Origin: Bacteriovoracia bacterium
GTDB lineage: Bacteria; Bdellovibrionota; Bacteriovoracia; Bacteriovoracales; Bacteriovoracaceae
DNA length: 13,783 bases
Reading direction: 5' to 3'
Assembly: GCA_046570105.1 (NCBI GenBank)
Contig: JBKHVI010000049.1
Span: 4,557-18,339, forward strand
Under the pieces are notes generated by a model that did not search any database, was not told where the DNA came from, and was given only the letters and a program-made list of their open reading frames with translations. Every line of letters begins with the position of its first letter. Position 1 is the first letter of the stretch. Positions 1 through 7,264 of this stretch are shown here, piece after piece. The position numbers and the translations under genes are program-made.

Positions 1-1
1 C

Positions 2-1747
2 TTAGCGCTTTTACTGCTGCAATCATTTGATCAGACTCGCAAAACTTTTTTTACCGAGTGGGAAGAGGCGCGCGGTTTAGATCGTTGGGGTAAAAAAGCT
101 CAGACTTTATTTGATGCCGATGGCACACCTTGGGATACTACGATTCTCAAAGAGGGCGAGTATCAAAAAACGAGTCCACCAAAAAAAACATCTTCAACCA
201 AGCTGGTCTTGCCACCGATGTGGGCAAATTTTCCGACTGTATTTGGTGAGGAGTCAGGCTCAAACAATTGGGTGGTTGCACCCAAGCTGACTCGCGGTGG
301 AAAGGCGATGCTGGCGAACGATCCTCACCTAGATTTGAAAACTCCTATGTTCTGGTATTGGATTCATCTTGAAGGTCCCACCATAGATGTTATTGGAGCG
401 TCACTACCGGGCGTTCCTTTGATTGTGAGTGGAACCAATCGACGTGTCTCTTGGGGACTCACCAACGCTTACATAAATACTGCTGACGCTGTTCACATCG
501 ACGAGAAAGACGCAGCAGAGTTAGAGAGTTTTCGGCCACTAGTGTGGGTGAAATGGGGCTTTTTGAAAATTCCAATTTTCTTTAAGTCGTTTCAGCGCAC
601 GAAAGAAGGATTTCCTGTGCTTCCCCTTGAAACAACGGACTCACGTCCCATGGTGCTCAAGTGGTCAGGCTTTCATATTACTGGCGCAGATCTAGCGTCT
701 CTTCGTCATATGATGAAGTCACGTTCCAGTGAAGAGATGGAGCGAGCACTTAGAGGGGTAGGGATTCCGGCTTGGAATTTTGTTTTTGCTGATATCAACG
801 GCAAGATCGGTCACCGAGTGGTTGGGAAAGTTTTTCGCACACCATTCAAACATGCTGTTGGACTTAATCAAGGGACATTGGCGGAAATCCGTAAGCCAGA
901 ATTCCTGACTCCCGATGAAATGCCCCACACGTTTAATCCTAAACGTGGCTGGATTGCTACCGCTAACAATCGTCATTGGCCAAGTGATAGTGCGTTTTAC
1001 GGTGGACGCGGTTATACCACAGGCTTTCGAGCGACACGTTTGGAAGACCTGTTAAAAAAAGAAGTTCATGATCTTCAAAGTTTTCGCAAAATTCAATGTG
1101 ACGATCAGTCTTCCGATGCTCCTTACCTTGTGCCACTTTTAGTTGAAGCTATTTCTGCGATCACTCTTGATAATGATCAGAAAGCTTGGCTGGAAGAACT
1201 GAAGTCTTGGAATATGATGGCAAGTCTTGATTGTCGTGTGTGCCCTGTATACCGTCGGACTTTGGATATTACGATGGAAAAACTGATGGTTCATGAAATC
1301 GGCTTTTGGCGTTTGGGATCAGAGAAAAATCAAGAGTGGCTGGCCACAACTCAAGCCGCTTTCAAAGATGCTTGGGGAGATTTGAAAGGAAAAGTTTGGC
1401 GTGATGTTCACTTGAATCCATTCACCCATCTTTCTGGTCGCAAAGACTGGGTGTTTACTCGTGAAATTCCCACTCGAGGTGATAAACATTCTGTCGATCC
1501 AGGCTCAGTTAAATGGAACGATGAGCGCAAAGTCTTTGATCATTTTTCAGGAGCGAGTGAACGCCTAGTCGTTTTAATGAATGATATTCCAGAAGTCTGG
1601 CTCTCATTACCAGGTCTCAATACACGCTATGATCAAGCGAATGGAAAAAATCCTTGGCAGGAATGGGCGGATTGTCGTCAAGAGAGAGTAGAGTGGCCGA
1701 TAGATTGGAAAGGAAAACAATTAGAGAAAGTTGAAATCGAAATGTAA
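2..1747 (+). CDS. Penicillin acylase / acyl-homoserine-lactone acylase family Ntn hydrolase (peptidase S45), 5'-truncated by window
   Basis: Frame is open from base 2 (LALLLLQSFDQTRK...), so the 209 start is an artefact. Autoproteolysis site G|SNNWVV has the nucleophile Ser at 260, followed by LANDPHL, SWGLTN, NFVFAD and ATANN, all typical of the beta subunit. Confidence 0.92.
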   Translation, partial: LALLLLQSFDQTRKTFFTEWEEARGLDRWGKKAQTLFDADGTPWDTTILKEGEYQKTSPPKKTSSTKLVLPPMWANFPTVFGEESGSNNWVVAPKLTRGGKAMLANDPHLDLKTPMFWYWIHLEGPTIDVIGASLPGVPLIVSGTNRRVSWGLTNAYINTADAVHIDEKDAAELESFRPLVWVKWGFLKIPIFFKSFQRTKEGFPVLPLETTDSRPMVLKWSGFHITGADLASLRHMMKSRSSEEMERALRGVGIPAWNFVFADINGKIGHRVVGKVFRTPFKHAVGLNQGTLAEIRKPEFLTPDEMPHTFNPKRGWIATANNRHWPSDSAFYGGRGYTTGFRATRLEDLLKKEVHDLQSFRKIQCDDQSSDAPYLVPLLVEAISAITLDNDQKAWLEELKSWNMMASLDCRVCPVYRRTLDITMEKLMVHEIGFWRLGSEKNQEWLATTQAAFKDAWGDLKGKVWRDVHLNPFTHLSGRKDWVFTREIPTRGDKHSVDPGSVKWNDERKVFDHFSGASERLVVLMNDIPEVWLSLPGLNTRYDQANGKNPWQEWADCRQERVEWPIDWKGKQLEKVEIEM

Positions 1748-1783
1748 AAATACAAAGGCCCAAAAGGAAAACCTCTTGGGCCT
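1746..1783 (-). terminator. Rho-independent terminator for the minus-strand small ORF (possibly bidirectional)
   Basis: Minus strand reads AAGGCCCAAGAGG-TTTT-CCTTTTGGGCCTT then TGTATTTTT: a 13-bp stem with one G-U pair on the minus strand (A-C mismatch on plus) and a U-rich tail. It starts 7 nt after the stop at 1791. Confidence 0.8.
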
Positions 1784-1790
1784 TAAGATA

Positions 1791-1910
1791 TTAAGCTTTT
1801 TTCTTAGCAGCTTTTCCGGCAGTTATCTTAGCTTTGATTTTGCCTTTCTTCTTAGCTTGGGCCTTACGGCGGTTCATTTTAAGCGTGCTTTTCTTGCGTC
1901 CCTGACCCAT
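1791..1910 (-). CDS. 39-aa very basic small protein MGQGRKKSTLKMNRRKAQAKKKGKIKAKITAGKAAKKKA (not in ORF track)
   Basis: Manual translation. ATG preceded by TGGAGG-ACAC (strong SD), TAA stop, own terminator downstream. 14 Lys + 3 Arg, no acidic residues. Confidence 0.85.
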   Translation of the reverse strand: MGQGRKKSTLKMNRRKAQAKKKGKIKAKITAGKAAKKKA

Positions 1911-2035
1911 GTGTCCTCCAAGTGACATTAATTATGTAGAATTTGTAGAATATTTCTATTTAAAGATCAAGTTTGATTGATTGCAATAGCATGCTTTTAG
2001 GCCCAAAATCGTCTCAGTTCTTCAAAGGAGTGCAT

Positions 2036-2599
2036 ATGAAATTAGCAATTATGGCCTTTTTAATCTCGTTTGGTGCTTTTGCCCAAACTTGTAACTTGAC
2101 CTATGAGTCGGGACAACTTTCTTGGACGGCCTTTAAAACACCTAAAAAAGTGGGTGTGGCCGCCAAATTCGATAAGTTTACGATCGCTCCAGGTACTAGC
2201 GGCAGCAGTGTTGAAACGCTTTTAACCGGCGCAAGTTTTAATGTTGATACGCGCTCTGTAAACTCAGGCGATAAGGCCCGCGATGCAAAAATCATCACTA
2301 ACTTTTTTAAGCTAGCAGGAAAGGCCGTGAGTATTACTGGCAAAGTACTGTCGGCGAAAGATGGAAAAGCACAAGTTGAACTTAGAATGAATAACGTGAA
2401 ACAAAATGTTGAGTTTGCTTACGTGATAGATAAAAAGACCAATGAATTGAAACTTACGAGCAAGATCGATGTATTGAAGTTCACCATGCAAAAACATTTG
2501 GCCCAGATTACCAAGGCCTGCTTTGAGAAGCATGAAGGCGTGACTTGGCCGGATGTTGATCTTCAGCTCACAACAACTTTGAAGAAAGTTTGTAATTAA
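2036..2599 (+). CDS. YceI family secreted lipid/polyisoprenoid-binding protein
   Basis: ATG 2036 follows SD AAAGGAG, which fits better than 1973. Signal peptide MKLAIMAFLISFGAFA. Motifs LSWTAFK and VDTRSVNSGDKARDAKI resemble YceI SxxTGxxxRD. Confidence 0.85.
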   Translation: MKLAIMAFLISFGAFAQTCNLTYESGQLSWTAFKTPKKVGVAAKFDKFTIAPGTSGSSVETLLTGASFNVDTRSVNSGDKARDAKIITNFFKLAGKAVSITGKVLSAKDGKAQVELRMNNVKQNVEFAYVIDKKTNELKLTSKIDVLKFTMQKHLAQITKACFEKHEGVTWPDVDLQLTTTLKKVCN

Positions 2600-3540
2600 G
2601 AGATCAAAGTCCCTTTTTGTTCTAAGTATTGCTTAAACAATACACCCATCAGCAGCACTCCCACGAATAGGTGGGGGGGCTGCAAGCTGGCGGGGAAGCC
2701 AAAATAATTCAGCCCAATCCCACTCGCGATATTCAGCATCACCAATACGAGTAAGAAAATAGAGCGCTTAAAACCTGAGCCTGAAACATCTTGTTTATAG
2801 AGTCTCACCATCGACCAGACCAGCACTCCAAAGAAGACCGCTGAAAAAGAGCGGTGGATATAAAAAGATAAAGTCATTTCCTCCATAACCGTTAGTCGTG
2901 TGGCGGCTTCGGTATCACGTAGTAGATGATCAACGACTTCACGAACTTGCGTTCCCAATGCCACTTGAATGGCCCCTAGGAGAATAAGCACTTTTGTGAA
3001 TCGCAGATTGGCCTTGTCCGCATGAAAATTGAGACCAAAATTTTCTAAATCTAAGCAGTATTTGTGCAAATACTGCAGACCAAACAACAACACTAAGGCG
3101 AGAACCATGTGGAGAGTAATGACGAAAGGTTTGAGGTGAGTTGAAACAACGAGTGCGCCCACGCCACCTTGTAAAATGATTAAAAGGAGCAGTCCACCGC
3201 AGAACCAGGGAAGATTAGATTCTTTTTCTGTTTGTTTGAAGGATTTAACGAAAACAATCAACACCATCAGACCTAGAATGGCACCGAGTAATCGATTGAG
3301 ATATTCGACCCATGTTTTGAATGGATCAAAATCAGCAATAGTTTTTCCGGCCACATGATAAAGTTCTTTGTAATTATCTGGCAGCTCAGCAATGTCGACG
3401 GGGGGAATCCATTGTCCAAAACACTGTGGCCAATCTGGACATCCTAGTCCTGAACCTGTGCCACGCACCACAGCACCGGCCAAGATTACGACGTAGGTCA
3501 TGAGAATAGTGAGTGCAACAAATTGACGAAAGGGTGCCAT
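2596..3540 (-). CDS. ctaA: Heme A synthase (COX15/CtaA, type 1 with Cys pair)
   Basis: About 8 hydrophobic helices; GAVVRGTGSGLGCPDWPQC, EYLNRLLG, LQGGVG, ITLHM, YIHRS, QPPHL. Start placed at ATG 3540 because 3615 would overlap the divergent mntP start. Confidence 0.9.
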   Translation of the reverse strand: MAPFRQFVALTILMTYVVILAGAVVRGTGSGLGCPDWPQCFGQWIPPVDIAELPDNYKELYHVAGKTIADFDPFKTWVEYLNRLLGAILGLMVLIVFVKSFKQTEKESNLPWFCGGLLLLIILQGGVGALVVSTHLKPFVITLHMVLALVLLFGLQYLHKYCLDLENFGLNFHADKANLRFTKVLILLGAIQVALGTQVREVVDHLLRDTEAATRLTVMEEMTLSFYIHRSFSAVFFGVLVWSMVRLYKQDVSGSGFKRSIFLLVLVMLNIASGIGLNYFGFPASLQPPHLFVGVLLMGVLFKQYLEQKGTLIS

Positions 3541-3613
3541 AGCTTGATTCCATGGAAACAATGAGAGTTCTTGATTAGCATAAACAAACTGGGCCGTTTT
3601 GGGGAGCAACTTC

Positions 3614-4147
3614 ATGTATTTGAGTGAGAGTTTATTATTAAGTTTTGCACTTGGTGTGGACGCGATGGCGGTCGCCTTTGCAGTAGGTTTGGCCCACCCC
3701 GATAAATCTCATCGACCAGGACTAGTGTTGGCACTGTGGTTTGGCGGCTTCCAGGCACTCATGAGTTTACTTGGTTTTGCTTTGACTCAGTATGTGAGTT
3801 TTGTCTCTCAATGGGCCGAGAAAGGTGCGGGAGTTGTGTTCATTATCCTAGGTGCAAAACTTTTTTGGGATGCATGGCATGAGACTGATCAAGTGAGTGT
3901 ACCCCAATCACATCAGGCCTATTTATTATTGGCGCTTGCTACCAGCATTGATGCGTTTGCCGCCGGAATTGCGCTCACCGGTCGCCAGTCTGCCTACCTA
4001 ACGATAAGCCTGATCGGAATAGTTGCCTTTGTCATGACTTGGTTGGGTGCCATTGCCAGCCAGCGCATGAAACATCTCCCAGAGAAGTATCTCGAAATCG
4101 CGGGAAGTCTCATTCTCATTTTTCTCGGCGTAAAATCACTCCTTTGA
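3614..4147 (+). CDS. mntP: Manganese efflux pump MntP family
   Basis: ATG 3614 after GGGGAG. Duplicated motifs ALGVDAMAVA and LATSIDAFAAG, plus FGGFQALM and EIAGSLILIFLG. About six TM segments. Confidence 0.9.
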   Translation: MYLSESLLLSFALGVDAMAVAFAVGLAHPDKSHRPGLVLALWFGGFQALMSLLGFALTQYVSFVSQWAEKGAGVVFIILGAKLFWDAWHETDQVSVPQSHQAYLLLALATSIDAFAAGIALTGRQSAYLTISLIGIVAFVMTWLGAIASQRMKHLPEKYLEIAGSLILIFLGVKSLL

Positions 4148-4161
4148 TAACATAGTAGACT

Positions 4162-5385
4162 ATGAAACTAACTCTCGCTGATTGCCGCAAGGCCTACAAA
4201 GTTTTGCAACCGATTATTAATCCCACACCGTTGGTGTACAACGAATGGTTGTCAGGACAATTTGGCTGTGAAGTCTGGCTTAAGCTAGAAAATATGCTGC
4301 CCATTGGTTCATTTAAAATGCGTGGGGCCACATATAAAATTTCTCAACTGACGGCCGCTGAAAAAAAACGTGGTGTCCTCGCTGTTAGTGCCGGCAATCA
4401 CGCTCAAGGTGTCGCCTGGGCGGCCCGACGTTTTAAAGTGAAGGCCACCATCATCATGCCGGAAGGCTCGCCCTTAACTAAAATTCGTAATACGGAAGCA
4501 CTCGGGGCCACCGTCATTCTTCATGGTAATTCCATTGAGGATGGCTTTAAGTTTGCAGAAAGCATGATGAAAAAAAAGCCCATGACTTTTGTTCATCCTT
4601 ACAAAGATGAATTGGTGATGGCAGGACAAAGTACTGTCGGTTTTGAAATTATGGAGCAACTCCCGGATGCTGATTATATTTTTAGCTCTATCGGAGGCGG
4701 TGGACTTGTGGCCGGAATGGGCACTGTCATCAAAGGACTCAGACCAAAAGTAAAAGTTATTGCCGGCCAAGCAAGTGGCTGTCGCGCCATGGTGGATTCA
4801 TTGAATAAAGGCCGCGTGATGCAAACTGATCGCGCTGAAACTTTTGCTGACGGAATTCGTGTCAAGATTGCTCATCCGGATATGTTTGGTATTTTAGAAA
4901 AAGTAGTGGATGAGGCCCATGCCATTGATGATGAGCAAACAGCTTTGGCAGTATTGCGTCTCATTGAGAGAGCGCGAGTTATTGCCGAGGGGGCGGGCGC
5001 ACTTCCATTGGCACTACTAAGCGCTCTTCATCAAAAAAATCCGAAACGTTTTAAAGATAAAAAAATCGTGCTGGTAGTATGCGGTGGCAATATTGATGTG
5101 AATCTACTTGAGCGCATCATTGATCGTGGACTGATTGAAGGGAAGCGAAAGGTGCGAATTGCTGTGCCGATTGCGGATCGCCCTGGAACACTTCACGCAT
5201 TGACGGGAATTATTAAAGAGACCGGAGCAAATGTGTTACAGGTGGTACACGATCGTGATTCAGAAGGGACGGGGATTACGGGAGCGAATGTACTGTTTAC
5301 TCTTGAAACGAAAGGTCCCGTGGAACTCAAGCTTTTGCTCAATAAGCTGCAACTTGATTTTCCACGGGTCAAAGTACTCGATTAG
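4162..5385 (+). CDS. ilvA: Threonine ammonia-lyase (PLP-dependent, single C-terminal ACT domain, medium form)
   Basis: KLENMLPIGSFKMRGA (PLP Lys), SAGNHAQGVA, IGGGGL, EGAGA, CGGNID; ACT-like DRPGTLHAL...LETKG at the C-terminus. Confidence 0.93.
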   Translation: MKLTLADCRKAYKVLQPIINPTPLVYNEWLSGQFGCEVWLKLENMLPIGSFKMRGATYKISQLTAAEKKRGVLAVSAGNHAQGVAWAARRFKVKATIIMPEGSPLTKIRNTEALGATVILHGNSIEDGFKFAESMMKKKPMTFVHPYKDELVMAGQSTVGFEIMEQLPDADYIFSSIGGGGLVAGMGTVIKGLRPKVKVIAGQASGCRAMVDSLNKGRVMQTDRAETFADGIRVKIAHPDMFGILEKVVDEAHAIDDEQTALAVLRLIERARVIAEGAGALPLALLSALHQKNPKRFKDKKIVLVVCGGNIDVNLLERIIDRGLIEGKRKVRIAVPIADRPGTLHALTGIIKETGANVLQVVHDRDSEGTGITGANVLFTLETKGPVELKLLLNKLQLDFPRVKVLD

Positions 5386-5543
5386 CCTTTCTTCTTAGCG
5401 CATGCTCCGTCTTTGCAATCAGGGCTTTTGCAGCAAGCTGATTTTTTATCGCAAGACTCTTTGCTATCGCAGCAGTCTTTTTTCATGCTGGCACAGCCTG
5501 TAACGAGGAATGCACTCAACAACAAATACGTGACAGTTTTCAT
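5382..5543 (-). CDS. 53-aa Cys-rich lipoprotein MKTVTYLLLSAFLVTG|CASMKKDCCDSKESCDKKSACCKSPDCKDGACAKKKG (not in ORF track)
   Basis: Manual translation. SD AAAGGA 6 nt before ATG; type II signal peptide with lipobox VTG-C17; seven further Cys. Stop overlaps the ilvA stop by 4 bp. Confidence 0.85.
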   Translation of the reverse strand: MKTVTYLLLSAFLVTGCASMKKDCCDSKESCDKKSACCKSPDCKDGACAKKKG

Positions 5544-5577
5544 TTTTCATCCTTTGATAAACTTCCTAAAAGCTTAT

Positions 5578-5586
5578 TGGTATTAT
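5578..5586 (+). promoter_or_regulatory. Putative extended -10 element (TGGTATTAT) for the globin gene
   Basis: Matches TGnTATAAT with one mismatch, about 50 nt upstream of ATG 5639. Confidence 0.45.
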
Positions 5587-5595
5587 CAAAGAAAA

Positions 5596-5627
5596 TTTGA
5601 GAAAAATCACGTGTGAGAAAAATCATC
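5596..5627. promoter_or_regulatory. Tandem 12-bp direct repeat TGAGAAAAATCA forming two CRP/FNR-family-like boxes
   Basis: Copies at 5598-5609 and 5614-5625. In context TTTGA-N6-TCACG and TGTGA-N6-TCATC versus the CRP-type consensus TGTGA-N6-TCACA. Confidence 0.5.
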
Positions 5628-5638
5628 CCAGGATCTTT

Positions 5639-6040
5639 ATGTTCGATTTTCTGAAAAAAAAGCCTAAAACACCTTACGAGCAGCTCGGTGCTGCGAATGG
5701 CTTGCAACAATTAGTCGATCATTTTTATCTCGTGATGGATACTGACCCCAAGGCGCATGAATGTCGTGCACTACACGGCAGTGATCTTTCACAAGCGAAG
5801 GCCAAACTTTTTGATTTTCTCTCGGGTTGGTTAGGTGGACCTCCGTTGTTTGAAGAAAAATACGGTCATCCTCGTTTACGGATGCGCCACTTTCCCTTTG
5901 CTATCGGCCCTTTAGAGCGTGATCAGTGGCTCTATTGTATGAATCAAGCGATGGAAAAAATGTTATTGTCGGATGAGCTTAAGTTACAGATGAGAAATGC
6001 GTTTGAAGGTCTCGCTGAGCGAGTCAGAAATAAAGACTAA
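5639..6040 (+). CDS. Group II truncated hemoglobin (trHbO/YjbI-like)
   Basis: ATG 5639 after AGGA. TPYEQLG, LVDHFY, FLSGWLGGPPLF, GHPRLRMRHFPF (proximal His), ERDQWLYCM. Confidence 0.93.
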   Translation: MFDFLKKKPKTPYEQLGAANGLQQLVDHFYLVMDTDPKAHECRALHGSDLSQAKAKLFDFLSGWLGGPPLFEEKYGHPRLRMRHFPFAIGPLERDQWLYCMNQAMEKMLLSDELKLQMRNAFEGLAERVRNKD

Positions 6041-7182
6041 GCCACTTTTCTAAAACGCAGCGTGCGGGCAAGCTCGATAATCGGATCTGATGTCATCCAA
6101 TTCAAAAGTTTCTCTGGTGGCGAAGGGAGAATGAGTTTTTCCCCAATCGCTCCATTACGTAAGATTTCCCATTCGAGAAAATCCATTTTACCACTTAAGG
6201 CCACTCGCATATCCGCAACACTTAGTTCATCTCTGCGCGCGAGCCACTGATGAAGGCCCAAGAGATATTGAAATTCTTTTCCGAAGGTCATTCCTCCTGA
6301 GAGAGGGCAGCCACGATAGACTCTCAAAGTCATCTCAAGAGCTGCTGTCGAGGGGAGTCCGTGGTCACACAAGAAACTCCACACTTGTCTAGCGCTTGAT
6401 CCCTTCAAGGCCATGAGTGCGGCCTCATGACGAAGAATGACTTGGGCCTCACGCCACTCGTTCCAATGATTAGTCGCAATTTCGGCAATGAGAGCGAGGC
6501 CTTCTTGAAAACCGGTGACGCCTGGGTGCCAATGGGCGAGCCATGGTAATTCTTTTTGAGAGGCGCCGGCCAAATTTGAACCTAAATGCACCCAGGCCTC
6601 ATGCACAGTCAACATGGAGAGCTCTTCGTGAGTAAAGCTTGCGTCCTCGCGTAAACGAATGCCTTTTTTGCTTGTTGAGGCGCGAGCAAGGGTGGCGTGT
6701 GAGAGCGTGATTTTGAGTTTGTGGTCAGGAAAAAGTTGGTTAAGTTCAAGTTGCAAGTGAAGACTTGCTTCAGAGGAATTGAGAGTGTGAACTTTTTTTT
6801 CTTTGTGAGTGATAGTGGGTAGGTCGGTGACTTGTAAGAGAGGAAAATCTTCCAAAAAGAAGGCGAGCGATTGAGCGTCACATTCTTTCTTTTCAGCTTC
6901 TTTAAAATATTGGGCAATTTTTTTTAAGCGACGTTTTAAAAGTCCGGCTTCAACTGGATTATCCCAGCTATTCAACATACCCATAAGAATTTCGAGGGCC
7001 CGTTTTTTTTCAGGGCCGACTTCACAAGTTTCGTGACGTGCTTCTAAGAGTGGACGCCAAACCATTTCTAGTTCCGGAAATTCACTTTTGAGCTCTCGCT
7101 CATGCCAAGTCTTTTGCTGAACCAGGTTCAGGCCTTTGAGGAGACCAGCATAAAGGGCCATGAAATCACGAAGTTTTTCCAC
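6037..7182 (-). CDS. DUF1704 / QEGLA-motif protein, MATCAP-like HExxxH metallopeptidase
   Basis: LTVHEAWVH (HExxxH, 6586-6603), FQEGLA, LRVYRG and FGKEFQYLLG (cf. FTKDxxY). Start is GTG 7182 or ATG 7161. Confidence 0.85.
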   Translation of the reverse strand: MEKLRDFMALYAGLLKGLNLVQQKTWHERELKSEFPELEMVWRPLLEARHETCEVGPEKKRALEILMGMLNSWDNPVEAGLLKRRLKKIAQYFKEAEKKECDAQSLAFFLEDFPLLQVTDLPTITHKEKKVHTLNSSEASLHLQLELNQLFPDHKLKITLSHATLARASTSKKGIRLREDASFTHEELSMLTVHEAWVHLGSNLAGASQKELPWLAHWHPGVTGFQEGLALIAEIATNHWNEWREAQVILRHEAALMALKGSSARQVWSFLCDHGLPSTAALEMTLRVYRGCPLSGGMTFGKEFQYLLGLHQWLARRDELSVADMRVALSGKMDFLEWEILRNGAIGEKLILPSPPEKLLNWMTSDPIIELARTLRFRKVA

Positions 7183-7188
7183 AATAAC

Positions 7189-7215
7189 TTATCGGTATAA
7201 AGCGGCAATTCTTGA
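7189..7215 (-). promoter_or_regulatory. Sigma28 (FliA)-type promoter for the DUF1704 gene
   Basis: Minus strand TCAA-N15-ACCGATAA versus consensus TAAA-N15-GCCGATAA; ends 6 nt before GTG 7182. Confidence 0.65.
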
Positions 7216-7228
7216 GCAAAACACTTGG

Positions 7229-7258
7229 TTGGCGATCGCCTCTTAATCGGCCTAGGCT
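7229..7258 (+). promoter_or_regulatory. Putative sigma70 promoter for the 7265 gene
   Basis: TTGGCG-N18-TAGGCT, ending 6 nt before ATG 7265; no SD present. Confidence 0.4.
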
Positions 7259-7264
7259 AGACCT

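Noticed and set aside
1731..1925. 64-aa plus-strand ORF from the track
   Set aside because: Shadow of the minus-strand 39-aa gene; runs through a terminator; hydrophobicity simply mirrors antisense Lys codons.
3541..3613. yybP-ykoY manganese riboswitch upstream of mntP
   Set aside because: Only 73 bp shared with a divergent gene, and no recognisable multi-stem structure.
5413..5616. 67-aa plus-strand ORF from the track
   Set aside because: TTG start without SD, antisense to the better-supported lipoprotein gene, and crosses the promoter region.
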